The notes under the pieces were generated by a model. It saw nothing but the letters and a program-made list of their open reading frames with translations. It did no database searches and had not been told where the DNA came from. The translations under genes and the position numbers were made by a program. Of a stretch of 64,000 nucleotides of DNA, positions 51,096 through 63,784 are shown piece by piece. Positions within the stretch are counted from its first letter, which is position 1, and each line of letters begins with the position of its first letter. Origin of the DNA: Eledone cirrhosa (Eukaryota); assembly GCA_964016885.1 (NCBI GenBank), contig OZ024754.1, positions 13,888,001 through 13,952,000 on the forward strand. The letters are read 5' to 3'.

Positions 51096-51239
51096 CTATA
51101 GATTTTTTTTAAAAAAAACGTCTTCTGCTTTTTTTTTTTTCACCACCGTCCGATTGAGCATTGTATATTGTTTCATGTGAAATGAAGTGACATAGAAATT
51201 CCATTATAAAATTACAACCTCATTTTTATGGTGTGGGGG

Positions 51240-51245
51240 AATAAA
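51240..51245 (+). terminator. Candidate RCC1 polyadenylation signal
   Basis: AATAAA ~145 nt after the stop, followed by a T/GT-rich downstream element. Confidence 0.55.
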
Positions 51246-53123
51246 GAGAATATTTTTTTTTAATAATTATGTTTGTGTTTGTTTTCTTTCTTTGTTCTAA
51301 AGGGTGTCATCATCATCATCATCATCATCATCATCTAGCATAGATTAGATGGGTTTCTCCCATTAGAAGCAACTCGGGTCGTGTGACCGTGTCATATAGG
51401 ACTGTTTGTGGCTAGATTTCTACGGCTGGATGCCCTTTCTAACGCTGACCACATTTACAGTGTGTCATCAGATATATTATTGTATGGAATTGTATCAGGT
51501 TTCTTACATTTTCTACTTTGCTGTGTGTTTTACATCAATTTTTCCATGCTAGCATGGGTTAAACGGGCTGTCCTGTTTTGGCCAATGCTAGGTCAGGTGA
51601 CCATATCTTGCTCATACAGAACTAATTTTGGCTTGGTTTCTACAGCTGGATGTTCTTCCTAACCTCATTTAAAGTGAGTACTGGGTGCTTTTTGCTGTGT
51701 CATATATTTTTGTTTATTTAGATCTGTCTTGGGAAAACTGAGGCCTGTTTGGTTTTCTGAATGGCACGCCTGATTTCAAAATTGTCTTGAATTCTTTAGT
51801 AGTGTGGCCTGCCTTATGATGAGCCATATTCTATGTTGCCCATGCCTGATTTAGAGCATACCTCATCATCATCATCATTTAGAGGAAGACGACGAAATTC
51901 ATGGGTGGAGGAGGTGAGAGCTGACCTCAGATCTCTGAAGCTCACAGAGATGACGACGAATGGAGAGATGCTGTGCTGAAGAGGACCCGTCCCACCCTTG
52001 CAAGCAGGGAAAAGTGGACGTAAAAGTATGATGATGGGTTGGACATGCTGTCGCAGACCAGTTAGTACTCAAGGAGAGTCTCTTAAACTCCAGTTGAGCA
52101 GGATGCTTGATATATGACCTCTGCGGTCTACCAAAAGCATTTGCTGCACCAATAAAATGCACTTCATACAGTGTGGGAAACGTGAGATACAGAGCCGTCC
52201 CCCGACATGTATGAGAGGTCAGTAGCTCCACTTGAGTACTGACTCAGTCTGCTATGGCCTATCCAACCCTTGCTAGCAACGAAAACGGACATTGAATGAT
52301 GAAAACTATAAACTACTGCTACTATTATTATTGCTATTACTGTTACTAATACAATTATTGCTATTACTGTTACTAATACAATTATTACTACTATTATTGC
52401 TATTACTGTTACTAATACAATTACTACTACTATTAAAGAAGTGATCTTGTTGATAGCTGTTAAGAATATCTGTGACCATGTTTAGTTATGCTAAAATTCT
52501 AGGATAACACACATGAGTACATACAGACAAGCCTATATATATATATACGTACACAGAAACAAACCCATGTACATACATACACATATACGAACAAGCCCAT
52601 ATATACATACACAGAAACAAACCCATGTACATAAAAACATACACATATGAACAAACACATACATATACGAACAAGCCCATATATACATACACAGAAACAA
52701 ACCCATACACACATATCCAAGCAAATTCATACACATACAAACAAACCCACAGACATAGAAGCAAATTCATACGCATATACACAAGTAAAGTAATACATAA
52801 CCTTGGATGCTCCAATGATGATTCCAAAATTATTTTATCTTCACATCAACTTCTATTTTTTACATCAAACAGCAATGTTCCAACTTGATAAACATAAACA
52901 TCATCATCATCATCGTTTAACGTCCATCTTCCACACTAACATGGGTTGGACAGGTTTGTCGCACTTGAGGCAAGATTGGTCGGGTGACCATGTCTTGCTT
53001 GTATAGGACTGTATCTGGCAGGTTTTCCACGGCTGGATGCCCTTCCTAACACCAACCACATTTACAGTGTGGGAGCCTTTTTACCGTGTCTCCTACACAA
53101 CCACTTTACAGTATGGACGATTA

Positions 53124-53305
53124 GAATAATTGTTTCTACTTTTGGCACAAGGCCAGCAATTACCCAGTATATTACTGGTACTTTATTTTATCGACCCTGT
53201 AAGGATGAAAGGCAAAGTTAACCTCGGTGGGATTTGAACTCAGAATGGCAAGGGCCGTAACTCTATGCATCAAAGCATGGCGTCCGACCCTCTACCAATC
53301 CACCT
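53124..53305 (-). mobile_element. SINE family A
   Basis: Reverse-complement match to 8846-9033. Confidence 0.8.
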
Positions 53306-53555
53306 ATGGAAGATTATAATAATAGTCATTGTATCAAGGATGGCGGTGGTATAATAATTCTGTCATTGGCATGACGCCAGTAATTTAGAAGTCGATTATA
53401 TTGACCTCAGTATTTGACTGGTTTCTTTTATATTTTACTGACTGACCATGGAAGGATGAAAAGCAATGTTGACCTTGGTGGAACTGAAATTCAGAATGTA
53501 AAGGGATGTAACTGAATGCCTAATTCATATGGGTTTATACAAAAACAAAGGAATA

Positions 53556-54150
53556 TACTTTGTTTTGCAAGATTTCTTATCTGAAAACGTGTGTTGAAAC
53601 ATAGTTGTACGTTGGGAGGGTCATGCCGATAAAAACACACACACCTGTTGGTTTTCACTTCAATTTATTATAAATTTCCAGTTGGTTGGTTCGATAACCA
53701 GAAGGTTGTTTTTATATTGTCAAAGCTCTTTCATCACATTCTGTGACCTCCTCAGTAACTAGGTTTTTATTTTGTGTCCATAAGATGGTGTAGGACAGAA
53801 CAAAGGAGAGACAAAATAAAAACCTAGTCACAGAACGTGTCGCGAAAGAGCTTTAACAAAATATAAACCTTCCGGTTATTGAACCAACCAACCAGCTGGA
53901 AAATTGTCAAAGTTCTTTCATCACACATTCTGTGACCTCAGTAACTAGGTTTTTATTTTGTGTCCATAAGATGGTGTAAGAGAGACAAAATAAAAACCTA
54001 GTCACAGAATGTGTCGCGAAAAAGCTTTAACAAAATATAAACCTTCCGGTTATTGAACCAACCAGCTGGAAATTTATAATAAATTGAAGGGAAAACTAAC
54101 AGGTGTGTGTGTTTTTATTGGTAGCATGACCCTCCCAAAGTATAACAACA
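53556..54150. mobile_element. Nested foldback element with a hammerhead-like core
   Basis: ~53613-53780 is inverted relative to ~53985-54140, with an internal direct duplication. Minus strand CTGAGGA-ggtcac/gtgat-GAAA-gagcttt at ~53720-53755. Confidence 0.5.
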
Positions 54151-54469
54151 AAGGAATATAGCAATAAGTTAAGTGGGGACGATGATGATTTGTCTTTTCT
54201 CCGATTTCTTGAAACAAATCTATGAAGGATATTTTAGAAACTATATTTACCACCTTGAAGTATATTTTCTTACAAATTAATTGTTCTCTATATAGGTACA
54301 AAATATTAGAAGCTTCTCAATTAACACTATCGATATATAATATTTTATATATCATTTAAACTTGTAAAATTGATATTCATGGAGGTTTTATTGAGAAACA
54401 CAATCAATATATATTTTATATGTTTCGATTAAACTCAAATTTATTATATATTGTCTCTATATATATATA

Positions 54470-54818
54470 TCATCATCATTCATCATCATTTCATTTTACG
54501 TCCACTTTTCCCTGCTTGCAAGGGTGGGACGGGAACTGATTCTGGCTTGATTTCTACAGCTGGATGCCCTTCCTAACACCAACCTCATTTACAGTGAGTG
54601 CTGGGTGCTTTTTTGCCGTGGCACCTGCACGACCACTTTGCAGTGGAATGATATGGACCGCAGTCCTATCATCTCATATCTACAGCTGAGTAAACTGGAG
54701 CAATGTGAAATAAAGTGTCTTGCTCAAGGAAACAACACATCACCCGATCTGAGAATTGAACTCACAACCTTTCGATTGCAAGGCCAATGCTCTAACCACT
54801 AAACCATGTGCCTCCATA
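54470..54818 (-). mobile_element. SINE family B, full length
   Basis: Near-identical to 36413-36742. Confidence 0.85.
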
Positions 54819-55233
54819 TATAGACACTATATATATATATATAATAAATAATTCCTAAACACAACTATTTATAATAATATAGTTTGGCTCTGTACTTAAC
54901 ATAGAGCACTCTTTTTCCTTTATCTATTCTACGAAAACTCTTGACACTACATATATATATATATAGAGAGAGAGAGAGATTCATACATAAATATAAGCAT
55001 GCACTTACACACATTTATGTGGATGTTTGTAAGAAAGTTAAGATAAGATGGAAATAAGGAAGTAAAGAAAGAGAAATATACAGGAAGAAGACCGATGTTA
55101 ATGAAATGCTACCTGAAGAAGATGAATTCATTTAATATATTTCTCCAGCTTATCAAGCTCTAACCACTGTCACACTTTTGGTCTCTCCCTCCCTGCTATC
55201 ACCCACCCACCCACCCCTCTCCTCCTCTCTCTG

Positions 55234-55264
<31 letters not shown>

Positions 55265-55444
55265 GTTTCTTCTCCACACTATCACATTTCACATTCTCTC
55301 TCTATATATATTTATCATCATTGCATATATATACAGGTTTCCTCTCTGTCCTATTTCGTCTTTGTCCATTCCCCACTGCCCCTCTCTCTCAATATACATA
55401 CCTGTATATATATAGATTTCCTCATAAGATTCATTCATTGTTAA

Positions 55445-55523
55445 ATGTCTCTAAACGCAATGATTCCACACCTGTTCATCTTCACCTCGTTAATGTTAGC
55501 CTCTACAAATGCTGAAGCTTCAG
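55445..55523 (+). CDS. SRCR-domain protein exon 1 (signal peptide MSLNAMIPHLFIFTSLMLASTNAEAS)
   Basis: Hydrophobic core followed by small residues; CAG|gtgaga donor, phase 1 matching the next exon. Confidence 0.7.
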
Positions 55524-55984
55524 GTGAGAAAAGGTTTCTATCTTTTATCTTTTTTTTTTCTTTTGGTTTATATTTCAAAGTTTATTTTGACCCTGTTAAT
55601 TGTCATATTTTCAATGAAATATTTTGTATTTTAATTAATTAATTAATTAAGAATTGGGAAAAGATTTACTAAAATTATAATTTCATTAAGATGGTATTTG
55701 AAACATCAAATATTCTTATGTAAAATTATGTTGGAAGATTTTATGTAGGAAGAACTCTTTAACCTTTTCATGACTTCATTTCTAATTATATACACTCTAT
55801 TTTAATTAATTAAGAATATTGTGGGATTATTAATTATTTCATTACTAAAATATTAACTTGATGGAAGTTTCTTATATGAAATTATGTTGGAAGATTTTAA
55901 TTGGAAACCTTTAAAATAGATGATTTTATTTCATCAAACCAGAACCGGTTTTGGCTGAGTTGGTAACTAAGGGGTTAAAATAGG

Positions 55985-56153
55985 TATCGCATATACTCGA
56001 ATATAAGCTGAGGTATATGTGATAAAAAAAAAATCAACAGTAAAATGGGGGTCAGCTTATATACGCCATCTAAATAAATGGGGTTTGGATTTTTGCTCAT
56101 TTCTCAGACATAAAATGGCAGGGTGGGGGACAGCTTATATCTGAGTATATACA
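55985..56153. mobile_element. Tc1/mariner (Tc2-like) MITE
   Basis: Imperfect TIR catatactcgaatataagctg...cagcttatatctgagtatatac; related to 8788-9075. Confidence 0.5.
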
Positions 56154-56501
56154 GCAGTTTTGATTAATATGAACACAGGTGGCTTTTGGGTCGGTTGGTA
56201 TCAAAAGGGTTAAAGAAATTCTCAAAATGCACAAATTTTTGAGACAAATGCCATGACCCAGTGTTTGATATGCTCTGAGAAGTATGTATATATATATATA
56301 TATATATATACCTGTATGTATGTGTATATATATAAGCAGAATGAAAAGAGGTGTTTCATCAATACAATATCAAATAACAGTTCATACATATATGTGTGTG
56401 TGTACGCACGCATATACATTGTTATAAGTGATATTTGCATGGAATCTTCAGAGCAAAAATAATTGTTTATATTGATGTTGCTGGAAGTTGGTCCAAATAT
56501 A

Positions 56502-56740
56502 TCATCATCATCACCGTTTTACGTCAGTTCTTCCACGCTAGCATGGGTTAGATGGGTTGTCCTGTTGTGGGCAGTGTCCAGTTGGCTGACCATGCCTTGC
56601 TCATACAGGAACTGATTCTGGCTTGATTTCTACAGCTGGATGCCCTTCCTAACACCAACCTCATTTACAGTGAGTGCTGGGTGCTTTTTTTCCATGGAGC
56701 ATACACGTCCACTTTACAGTGTGGGCTGGGTGCTTTTTTG
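56502..56740 (-). mobile_element. SINE family C
   Basis: Reverse-complement near-identity to 9750-9986. Confidence 0.8.
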
Positions 56741-57039
56741 CCTGTCTATATGCTTCAGATTCGGCTTGTAATGTACATAGATATATATATACGTATATCT
56801 ATGTATATATAAGTTTGAGTGGGATTGGCTCAGTGCACAGTCTTTCCTTAATTTAAAAAAAATTCTTCACGCACAGGCATTGCACGATAGCATTAATTAA
56901 TAATTACTAATAATGTTATACCGTGCAATGGCCATACTCGATAACGAGGGGGCAGCCATCATGTATATATATATATATAATATATGTATGTATATATATA
57001 AGTAGAAAAGAGGACAAAACTAACAGGGTGGGGAAACTA

Positions 57040-57735
57040 TGTATGCAGTAGATGTACAGGGAAATTTGACAGTAGTAATCGCAGTGATAGACACATTTTT
57101 CAAATGCAGGTGGGTTCTATAGAAGTAGTTGATAGCTTCCGGTACCTAGGTGATCAGATTAGCATGGGAGGGGGGTGTTCCGAGGCCATAGTATCTAGAA
57201 TAAAGACAGATTGGAAGAAGTTTAGGGGGCTGCTTCCTCTGTTGACAAAGAAGGGTTTCTTCCTGTATGAAAGGCGGGTTATATGATGCCTGTGTGAGAT
57301 GCGCGATGCTGCATGGTAGTGAGACATGGGCAGCAACTACAGAAGATACGTGACGGCTGGAGAGAAATGAAGCAAGCATGCTTCGTTCAATGTGCGTGAA
57401 CGACCAGGCATAGATGAGTTGAGAGAGAAACTGTGTATAAGAGGGATAAGTTGTGGTGTGCGTGAGAGAAGACTGAGATGGCATAGACATGCGATGCGCA
57501 TGGAGGATGACCGCTGGGTAAAGAAGTGCCAAGAAATCCCAGTAGAAGGAAGACGCAGTAGAGGAAGACTACAAAAACCATGGGTGGAGGTGGTGAGAAC
57601 AGACCTCAGATTGCTGAAGCTCACGGAGGAGATGACGAAGGACCATGACAAGTGGAGAGATGCTGTGTAAATAGGACCCGTCCCACCCTTGCAAGCAGGG
57701 AAAAGTGAACGGAAAATGATGATGATGATGATGAT
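57040..57735 (+). mobile_element. RTE-clade LINE 3' fragment
   Basis: IEVVDSFRYLGDQI..., MLHGSETWA, RERRLRW, KPWVEVVRTDL; 3' UTR cccacccttgcaagcagggaaaagtg(atg)n. Confidence 0.85.
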
Positions 57736-57981
57736 ATATATATATATATTTATTAAAATAACAGATTAAAGTTTAAGCAAAGAATAGCTGCTTTCACCCT
57801 TAACTTATTACTATGTATATATATTATATATATATGTGCGTGTGTGTGTATATATATATATATGTACGTATATATATATTATATATATGTGTGTGTATAT
57901 ATATATATATGTACGTATATATATTATATATATATATATATGTGTGTGTGTATATATATATATATATGTATATGTTTGTAG

Positions 57982-58129
57982 ATGAAAATGGTGGCATAAG
58001 ACTTGTTGGAGGAAGTGTTCCAACAGAAGGTCGTGTTGAAATATACATCAATGAAAGTTGGGGTACAATCTGTGATGACACCTGGGCTAATAGTGAAGCT
58101 CTGGTTGTATGTCGGATGCTTGGCTACAG
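57982..58129 (+). CDS. SRCR protein exon 2 (domain 1, N-half)
   Basis: [30 protein letters not shown]...VVCRMLGY, a canonical SRCR signature. Confidence 0.95.
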
Positions 58130-58362
58130 GTAAGAAAAGAGATATTTCAGTAAACCTTTATTGTAATTTTCCTATACACAGACCTATCTAAATGTGTATG
58201 TACTTTCGTATCTATTTACCTGTTGAAGTGAAGGCATGTGGCTGAGTGCTTAGGATGCTGGATTCGCAATCATAAGGTCATGGGTTCAATTCCTAGATAA
58301 GGCAGTACATTGAGTTCTTGAGTAAAACACATTATTTCATATTGTTCATTCTGCCAGGTGTT

Positions 58363-59875
58363 GTGAAAATTAGCACCTTTCTGGGCTTATGCTAAGATAT
58401 TCATTCTGCTAATAGTTGCAGCAGGTAAATAGTATCAGTAATAGAAAGACTAATGGAAACATTGCTTCCTTTGTTTGATGTGAAAATTAGCACCTTTCTG
58501 GGATTATGCTAAGATATTAATTCTGCTAATAGTTGCAACAGGTAGATAGTATCAGTAATAGAAAGACTAATGGAAACATTGCTTCCTTTGTTTGATGTGA
58601 AAATTAGCACCTTTCTGGGATTATGCTAAGATATTAATTCTGCTAATAGTTGCAACAGGTAGATAGTATCAGTAATAGAAAGACTAATGGAAACATTGCT
58701 TCCTTTGTTTGATGTGAAAATTAGCACCTTTCTGGGCTTATGCTAAGATATTAATTCTGCTAATAGTTGCAACAGGTAGATAGTATCAGTAATAGAAAGA
58801 CTAATGGAAACATTGCTTCCTTTGTTTGATGTGAAAATTAGCACCTTTCTGGGATTATACTAAGATATTAATTCTGCTAATAGTTGCAGCAGGTAGATAG
58901 TATCAGTAATAGAAAGACTAATGGAAACATTGCTTCCTTTGTTTGATGTGAAAATTAGCACCTTTCTGGGCTTATGCTAAGATATTAATTCTGCTAATAG
59001 TTGCAACAGGTAGATAGTATCAGTAATAGAAAGACTAATAGAAACATTGCTTCCTTTGTTTGATGTGAAAATTAGCACCTTTCTGGGCTTATGCTAAGAT
59101 ATTAATTCTGCTAATAGTTGCAACAGGTAGATAGTATCAGTAATAGAAAGACTAATAGAAACATTGCTTCCTTTGTTTGATGTGAAAATTAGCACCTTTC
59201 TGGGCTTATGCTAAGATATTAATTCTGCTAATAGTTGCAACAGGTAGATAGTATCAGTAATAGAAAGACTAATAGAAACATTGCTTCCTTTGTTTGATGT
59301 GAAAATTAGCACCTTTCTGGGATTATGCTAAGGTATTAATTCTGCTAATAGTTGCAACAGGTAGATAGTATCAGTAATAGAAAGACTAATAGAAACATTG
59401 CTTCCTTTGTTTGATGTGAAAATTAGCACCTTTCTGGGCTTATGCTAAGATATTAATTCTGCTAATAGTTGCAACAGGTAGATAGTATCAGTAATAGAAA
59501 GACTAATAGAAACATTGCTTCCTTTGTTTGATGTGAAAATTAGCACCTTTCTGGGATTATACTAAGATATTAATTCTGCTAATAGTTGCAGCAGGTAGAT
59601 AGTATCAGTAATAGAAAGACTAATGGAAACATTGCTTCCTTTGTTTGATGTGAAAATTAGCACCTTTCTGGGATTATACTAAGATATTAATTCTGCTAAT
59701 AGTTGCAGCAGGTAGATAGTATCAGTAATAGAAAGACTAATAGAAACATTGCTTCCTTTGTTTGATGTGAAAATTAGCACCTTTCTGGGATTATACTAAG
59801 ATATTAATTCTGCTAATAGTTGCAGCAGGTAGATAGTATCAGTAATAGAAAGACTAATGGAAACATTATTTCTTT
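58363..59875. repeat. 117-bp minisatellite, ~13 units, intronic
   Basis: gtgaaaatt at 58363, 58480, 58597, ...; directly follows a SINE head at 58230-58350. Confidence 0.95.
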
Positions 59876-60559
59876 GGTCTGATTTGACAAGTTCCACCTT
59901 GCTTGGTAAGTGAAAGAGATCATGATCGAATGATGTCTCGATCTTCATGATCGTTTTAAAAAATATGTCCTTAGAGAGATGTAAACCATTTGAAGGTTTC
60001 AATCCTCATGTGACAGATCAACAATTGACTACCCCTTTAACTGTCCATGGAGATATTGTTTATAAAGTCACTACAAATAAATGCTTTAGAAAATTGGATA
60101 AACATAGGTGTGACCATGTGGGTAAGGAGTTTTCTTCAAAACAACATTGTAATATATATATATAGGTTCACGCTTTATATGGAAAAGGGGGAAGAAAGTT
60201 GGATGTATCGGGCTTTAGCTCTTCTTCAGGAGTACTCAATAGAGACAGGATCACAATAGAGAAGCAGAGTAAAGAAAAAGAATCGAAAAAGAAAAAAATG
60301 TGGTTGATGGCTGCAAGGAAAGAGTACTCAATACTGAAGGAGAGTTTTAATATCCATTTATTAAGGTTAAATAGTGATTCTATAACCCTAACAAAATGAA
60401 TATATATATATTATATATAAGCAGAAGGGATATTCAATTTGTTGGTAATTCAACAAATATAAATGTTTATAACTGATTCAGAGCACTCTACAGATTTTTC
60501 TGGAGTATAATATACAATGATATTAAATAAATGGAAACTATATTTATAAAACCATATTT

Positions 60560-60624
60560 ATTCTATTATACACATATATATTTCAAGGGTACCAAAATTT
60601 TGGTACGCTTTCATCAGATAAAAT
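60560..60624 (-). ncRNA. Type-I hammerhead ribozyme motif
   Basis: Minus strand: attttat-CTGATGA-aagcgtaccaaa/tttggtaccctt-GAAA-tata(tatg)tgta-TA-atagaat; family of 14999 and 32568. Confidence 0.65.
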
Positions 60625-60737
60625 TTGAAGTGTGTTTTATAAATTTTGACATAACCAAGGATAATATACCTTAACGGTTCAAGTTATCCTTGGATATATA
60701 TTATATATATATATTATATATATATATATTATATATA

Positions 60738-60807
<70 letters not shown>

Positions 60808-60810
<3 letters not shown>

Positions 60811-61030
60811 GAATGAGTAGGACCCCGACGGCTGAGCTCAAGCCGTTTCGACGGCTAATTCTGGACTAAGAAAAAAAAAAAAAAATTTTTTTGTCCAGAA
60901 TTAGCCGTGGAAATGACTTGAGCTCAGCCGGGGTCCTACTCGTTCCTATTACCCACTCTACTACCCTAAGTATTGAGTACTTTGGTGCGTTATGGTCCAT
61001 CTGGTTCCTTACCACATTTCCTTCGTTATA
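60808..61030 (+). mobile_element. Foldback-ended short element in (TA)n
   Basis: About 60-bp inverted arms (taggaatgagtaggacccc...aattctggac / gtccagaatt...ggggtcctactcgttccta) around an A/T loop, plus a shared tail. Confidence 0.6.
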
Positions 61031-61087
61031 TATATTATATATATTATATATATATATATATATACATACATAATGTTTGCATTGCAG

Positions 61088-61251
61088 TGATGGTGTGGCC
61101 TATAGAAAGGCAAAGTTTGGAGAAGGTTCTGGTCCTATCTGGTTAGATGATGTACAATGTGATGAAACAGAATATAACATTGAAGACTGTACAGGGAACG
61201 ATTATGGGGTCCACAATTGTGACCATTCATCTGATGCTGGGGTCCATTGCA
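61088..61251 (+). CDS. SRCR protein exon 3 (domain 1, C-half)
   Basis: AKFGEGSGPIWLDDVQC...IEDC...YGVHNCDHSSDAGVHC; 6 Cys in total (group A). Confidence 0.95.
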
Positions 61252-61348
61252 GTATGTATTCTCTCTTTTCTCAAAATTGTATTTCTTTAGGGCAGGAGCA
61301 TCTCTTTCTTAACACACACACACACACACACACAAATATTGTGTGTGT

Positions 61349-61610
61349 GAAGGCACATGGCTTAGTGGTTAGAGAATTGGGCTTGCAATCGAAAGGTTGT
61401 GAGTTCAATTCTCAGACCGGGTGATGTGTTGTTTCCTTGAGCAAGACACTTTATTTCACATTGCTCCAGTTTACTCAGCTGTAGAAATGAGATGAAGAGG
61501 TACCGGCCTGCCCGCCCAGCCAGTGGGATGGCGTTATCTTATGGCTAAAACAGCACGATGTGCTGTGACCAGCGGCGCTGAATGGACGCCCGACAGACTG
61601 GTCGGTGAAG
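61349..61610 (+). mobile_element. SINE family B head with a different 3' tail
   Basis: Matches 12176-12322, then diverges (gaagaggtaccggcctgcccgcc...). Confidence 0.75.
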
Positions 61611-61616
61611 GTGAAG

Positions 61617-61651
<35 letters not shown>

Positions 61652-62177
61652 GTTCACTTAAAAATAATTTTTTAATAATTAAAATATACACAGACATGTC
61701 TCTCTTTCAATCTACTCTCTCACAACTACTATCTCTTTCTCTCTGTTTTTCTCTCTCTCTATTTATGAAGAAGGTACCCAGAAAAACCCCCGTATCTCGG
61801 GACCCTGTGCTCCGATTTACACAAAACTTGTTTTATTTCATTTGTATTCCCATTTAAGGGGCAACTTCCTTTCAAAGTATTTTCCCATTATGCGCCGTTT
61901 TGGCTGTATTAAATTACAGACAAGCACACAATCACAGAGTTTTAGTAGTATATAGATAAATATACTTATATATATATATATAAATATATGTGTGCGTGTG
62001 TGTGCGTGTGCGCATGCGTGTGTGTGTGTGTATGTATGTATGTGTGTGTGTTTGTGTGTATAGATATGTCTTTATGCATACATTTACATCTAACATTCCT
62101 GTTGATAATATATAGTGATAATATATAGCTTTGTCTTACCATTCTCTCTGTTTTTACCTTATGACACAACCATATAG

Positions 62178-62322
62178 AACATGTGTCTGTACGGCTGGTT
62201 GGCAGTGACAATGAATTTGAAGGTCGTGTTGAAGTATTCTTTAATGAACAGTGGGGTTCAGTATGTGACAGCAATTGGGACCACAATGATGCGTTGGTTG
62301 TTTGCCGAATGTTAGGATACAA
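62178..62322 (+). CDS. SRCR protein exon 4 (domain 2, N-half); gene continues beyond the window
   Basis: [47 protein letters not shown]; AA|gtaagt phase 2 as in domain 1. Confidence 0.93.
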
Positions 62323-62409
62323 GTAAGTAGGATACAGTCTTTAAACTTCTCTTAACAATCTCTCAACAATTTTTCTATGTTTGCATATATGTTTTATTTA
62401 TCTGGTTCC

Positions 62410-62426
62410 CTCTCTCTCACTCCCTG

Positions 62427-62518
<92 letters not shown>

Positions 62519-62690
62519 CTCTCACTCTCCCTTCATCTCTCCCCCTCTCTCTCTCCCTGCCTCTCTCTACTCTCTCTCTCTCCCTTCATCTCTCCCCCTC
62601 TTGCTCTCTCCCCCTCTCTCTCTCCCCCTCTCTCTCACTCTCTCTCTCTCTCACTCTCTCGCTATCTCTCCCTTCCCCCTTCTCTCTCTC
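62410..62690. repeat. (CT)n microsatellite
   Basis: Direct inspection. Confidence 0.95.
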
Positions 62691-62749
62691 TAGATTTTAA
62701 TAAACCATTACCTTTGCCTATGTCCAGCATATTGCTATTATTAGAAATC

Positions 62750-62935
62750 ATGGGCAGTATCGGTAGAGCATCAGACACCATGCTTTGCAGCATAGAGTCA
62801 TGGCTCTTTACGTTCTGAGTTCAAATCCCACCGAGGTTAACTTTGCCTTTCATCCTTACGAGGTTGATAAAATAAAACACCAGTAATACACTGGGGTAAT
62901 TGCTGCCCCTGTGCCAAAAGTAGAAACAATTATTA
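62750..62935 (+). mobile_element. SINE family A
   Basis: Matches 8846-9033. Confidence 0.8.
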
Positions 62936-63784
62936 GAAATCATATTTAATGTTCTATTAATAGTTATTTAACCCATTATTTTTAATTAATTTTATGTCAT
63001 CTATCTACCTAAGAACTTTATTTGACCAGGGGGTTCCAGCTTTGTTCGGCCACAGCCATCTTTAAAATGGTTTTTTTTGCTATATTGTAGACATGTTATG
63101 AAGTATCTCACATATTTTAAAAGGCCATTCACAAATGAGTGGCAAGATTAATACACCAATAGACTCCAGCTTCAGACTCACAGATATCACAACACACACC
63201 TTTTCTACCTTTTCTACACCTACAGCAATGGCCTCTGCTCCTCTGAACTGGTTTCTTTCATATAATCCCACACACAGGTTCTTCTGACACATCCATCTCT
63301 TCTCTTCTCATCACACCATTTCTAACCTTCTAGGCTCCTTGTTCCATACCCATTACTTTGCTCTGTCATTTCTGCCAAGAGATGGACTGAGACCTTTTGT
63401 TTTTGTCACCAACACTTCCATCTTACAGGGTGCTATTTTTGTGTGGAATCAAAGTGGACTAAGTGTTTTTTGTCAAGTTACCAGTAAGACCACCTTGCAC
63501 AAACCATGTACAAACAACTTAAGTTGTGATTAAGCTCTTCCTGGTGATGTATAGAATTCTGAGACTTCCTGTTTCTGAAGGTCAACTTATCTGATATTAA
63601 TTTATGGAAATATTCTTCACATCACCACTCTTGTATGGAGATATTCAGTTCTAATGATTTGCCTGACTGATCAAAACAACAATCTCTCATCTTTGTTTTC
63701 ACATAAAAATGACATTAACTTATCTGTTAGACTTATCAAAGATATAGCGTTGTATTCCAGGGAAATGATTGGCATTTTGTGCCA

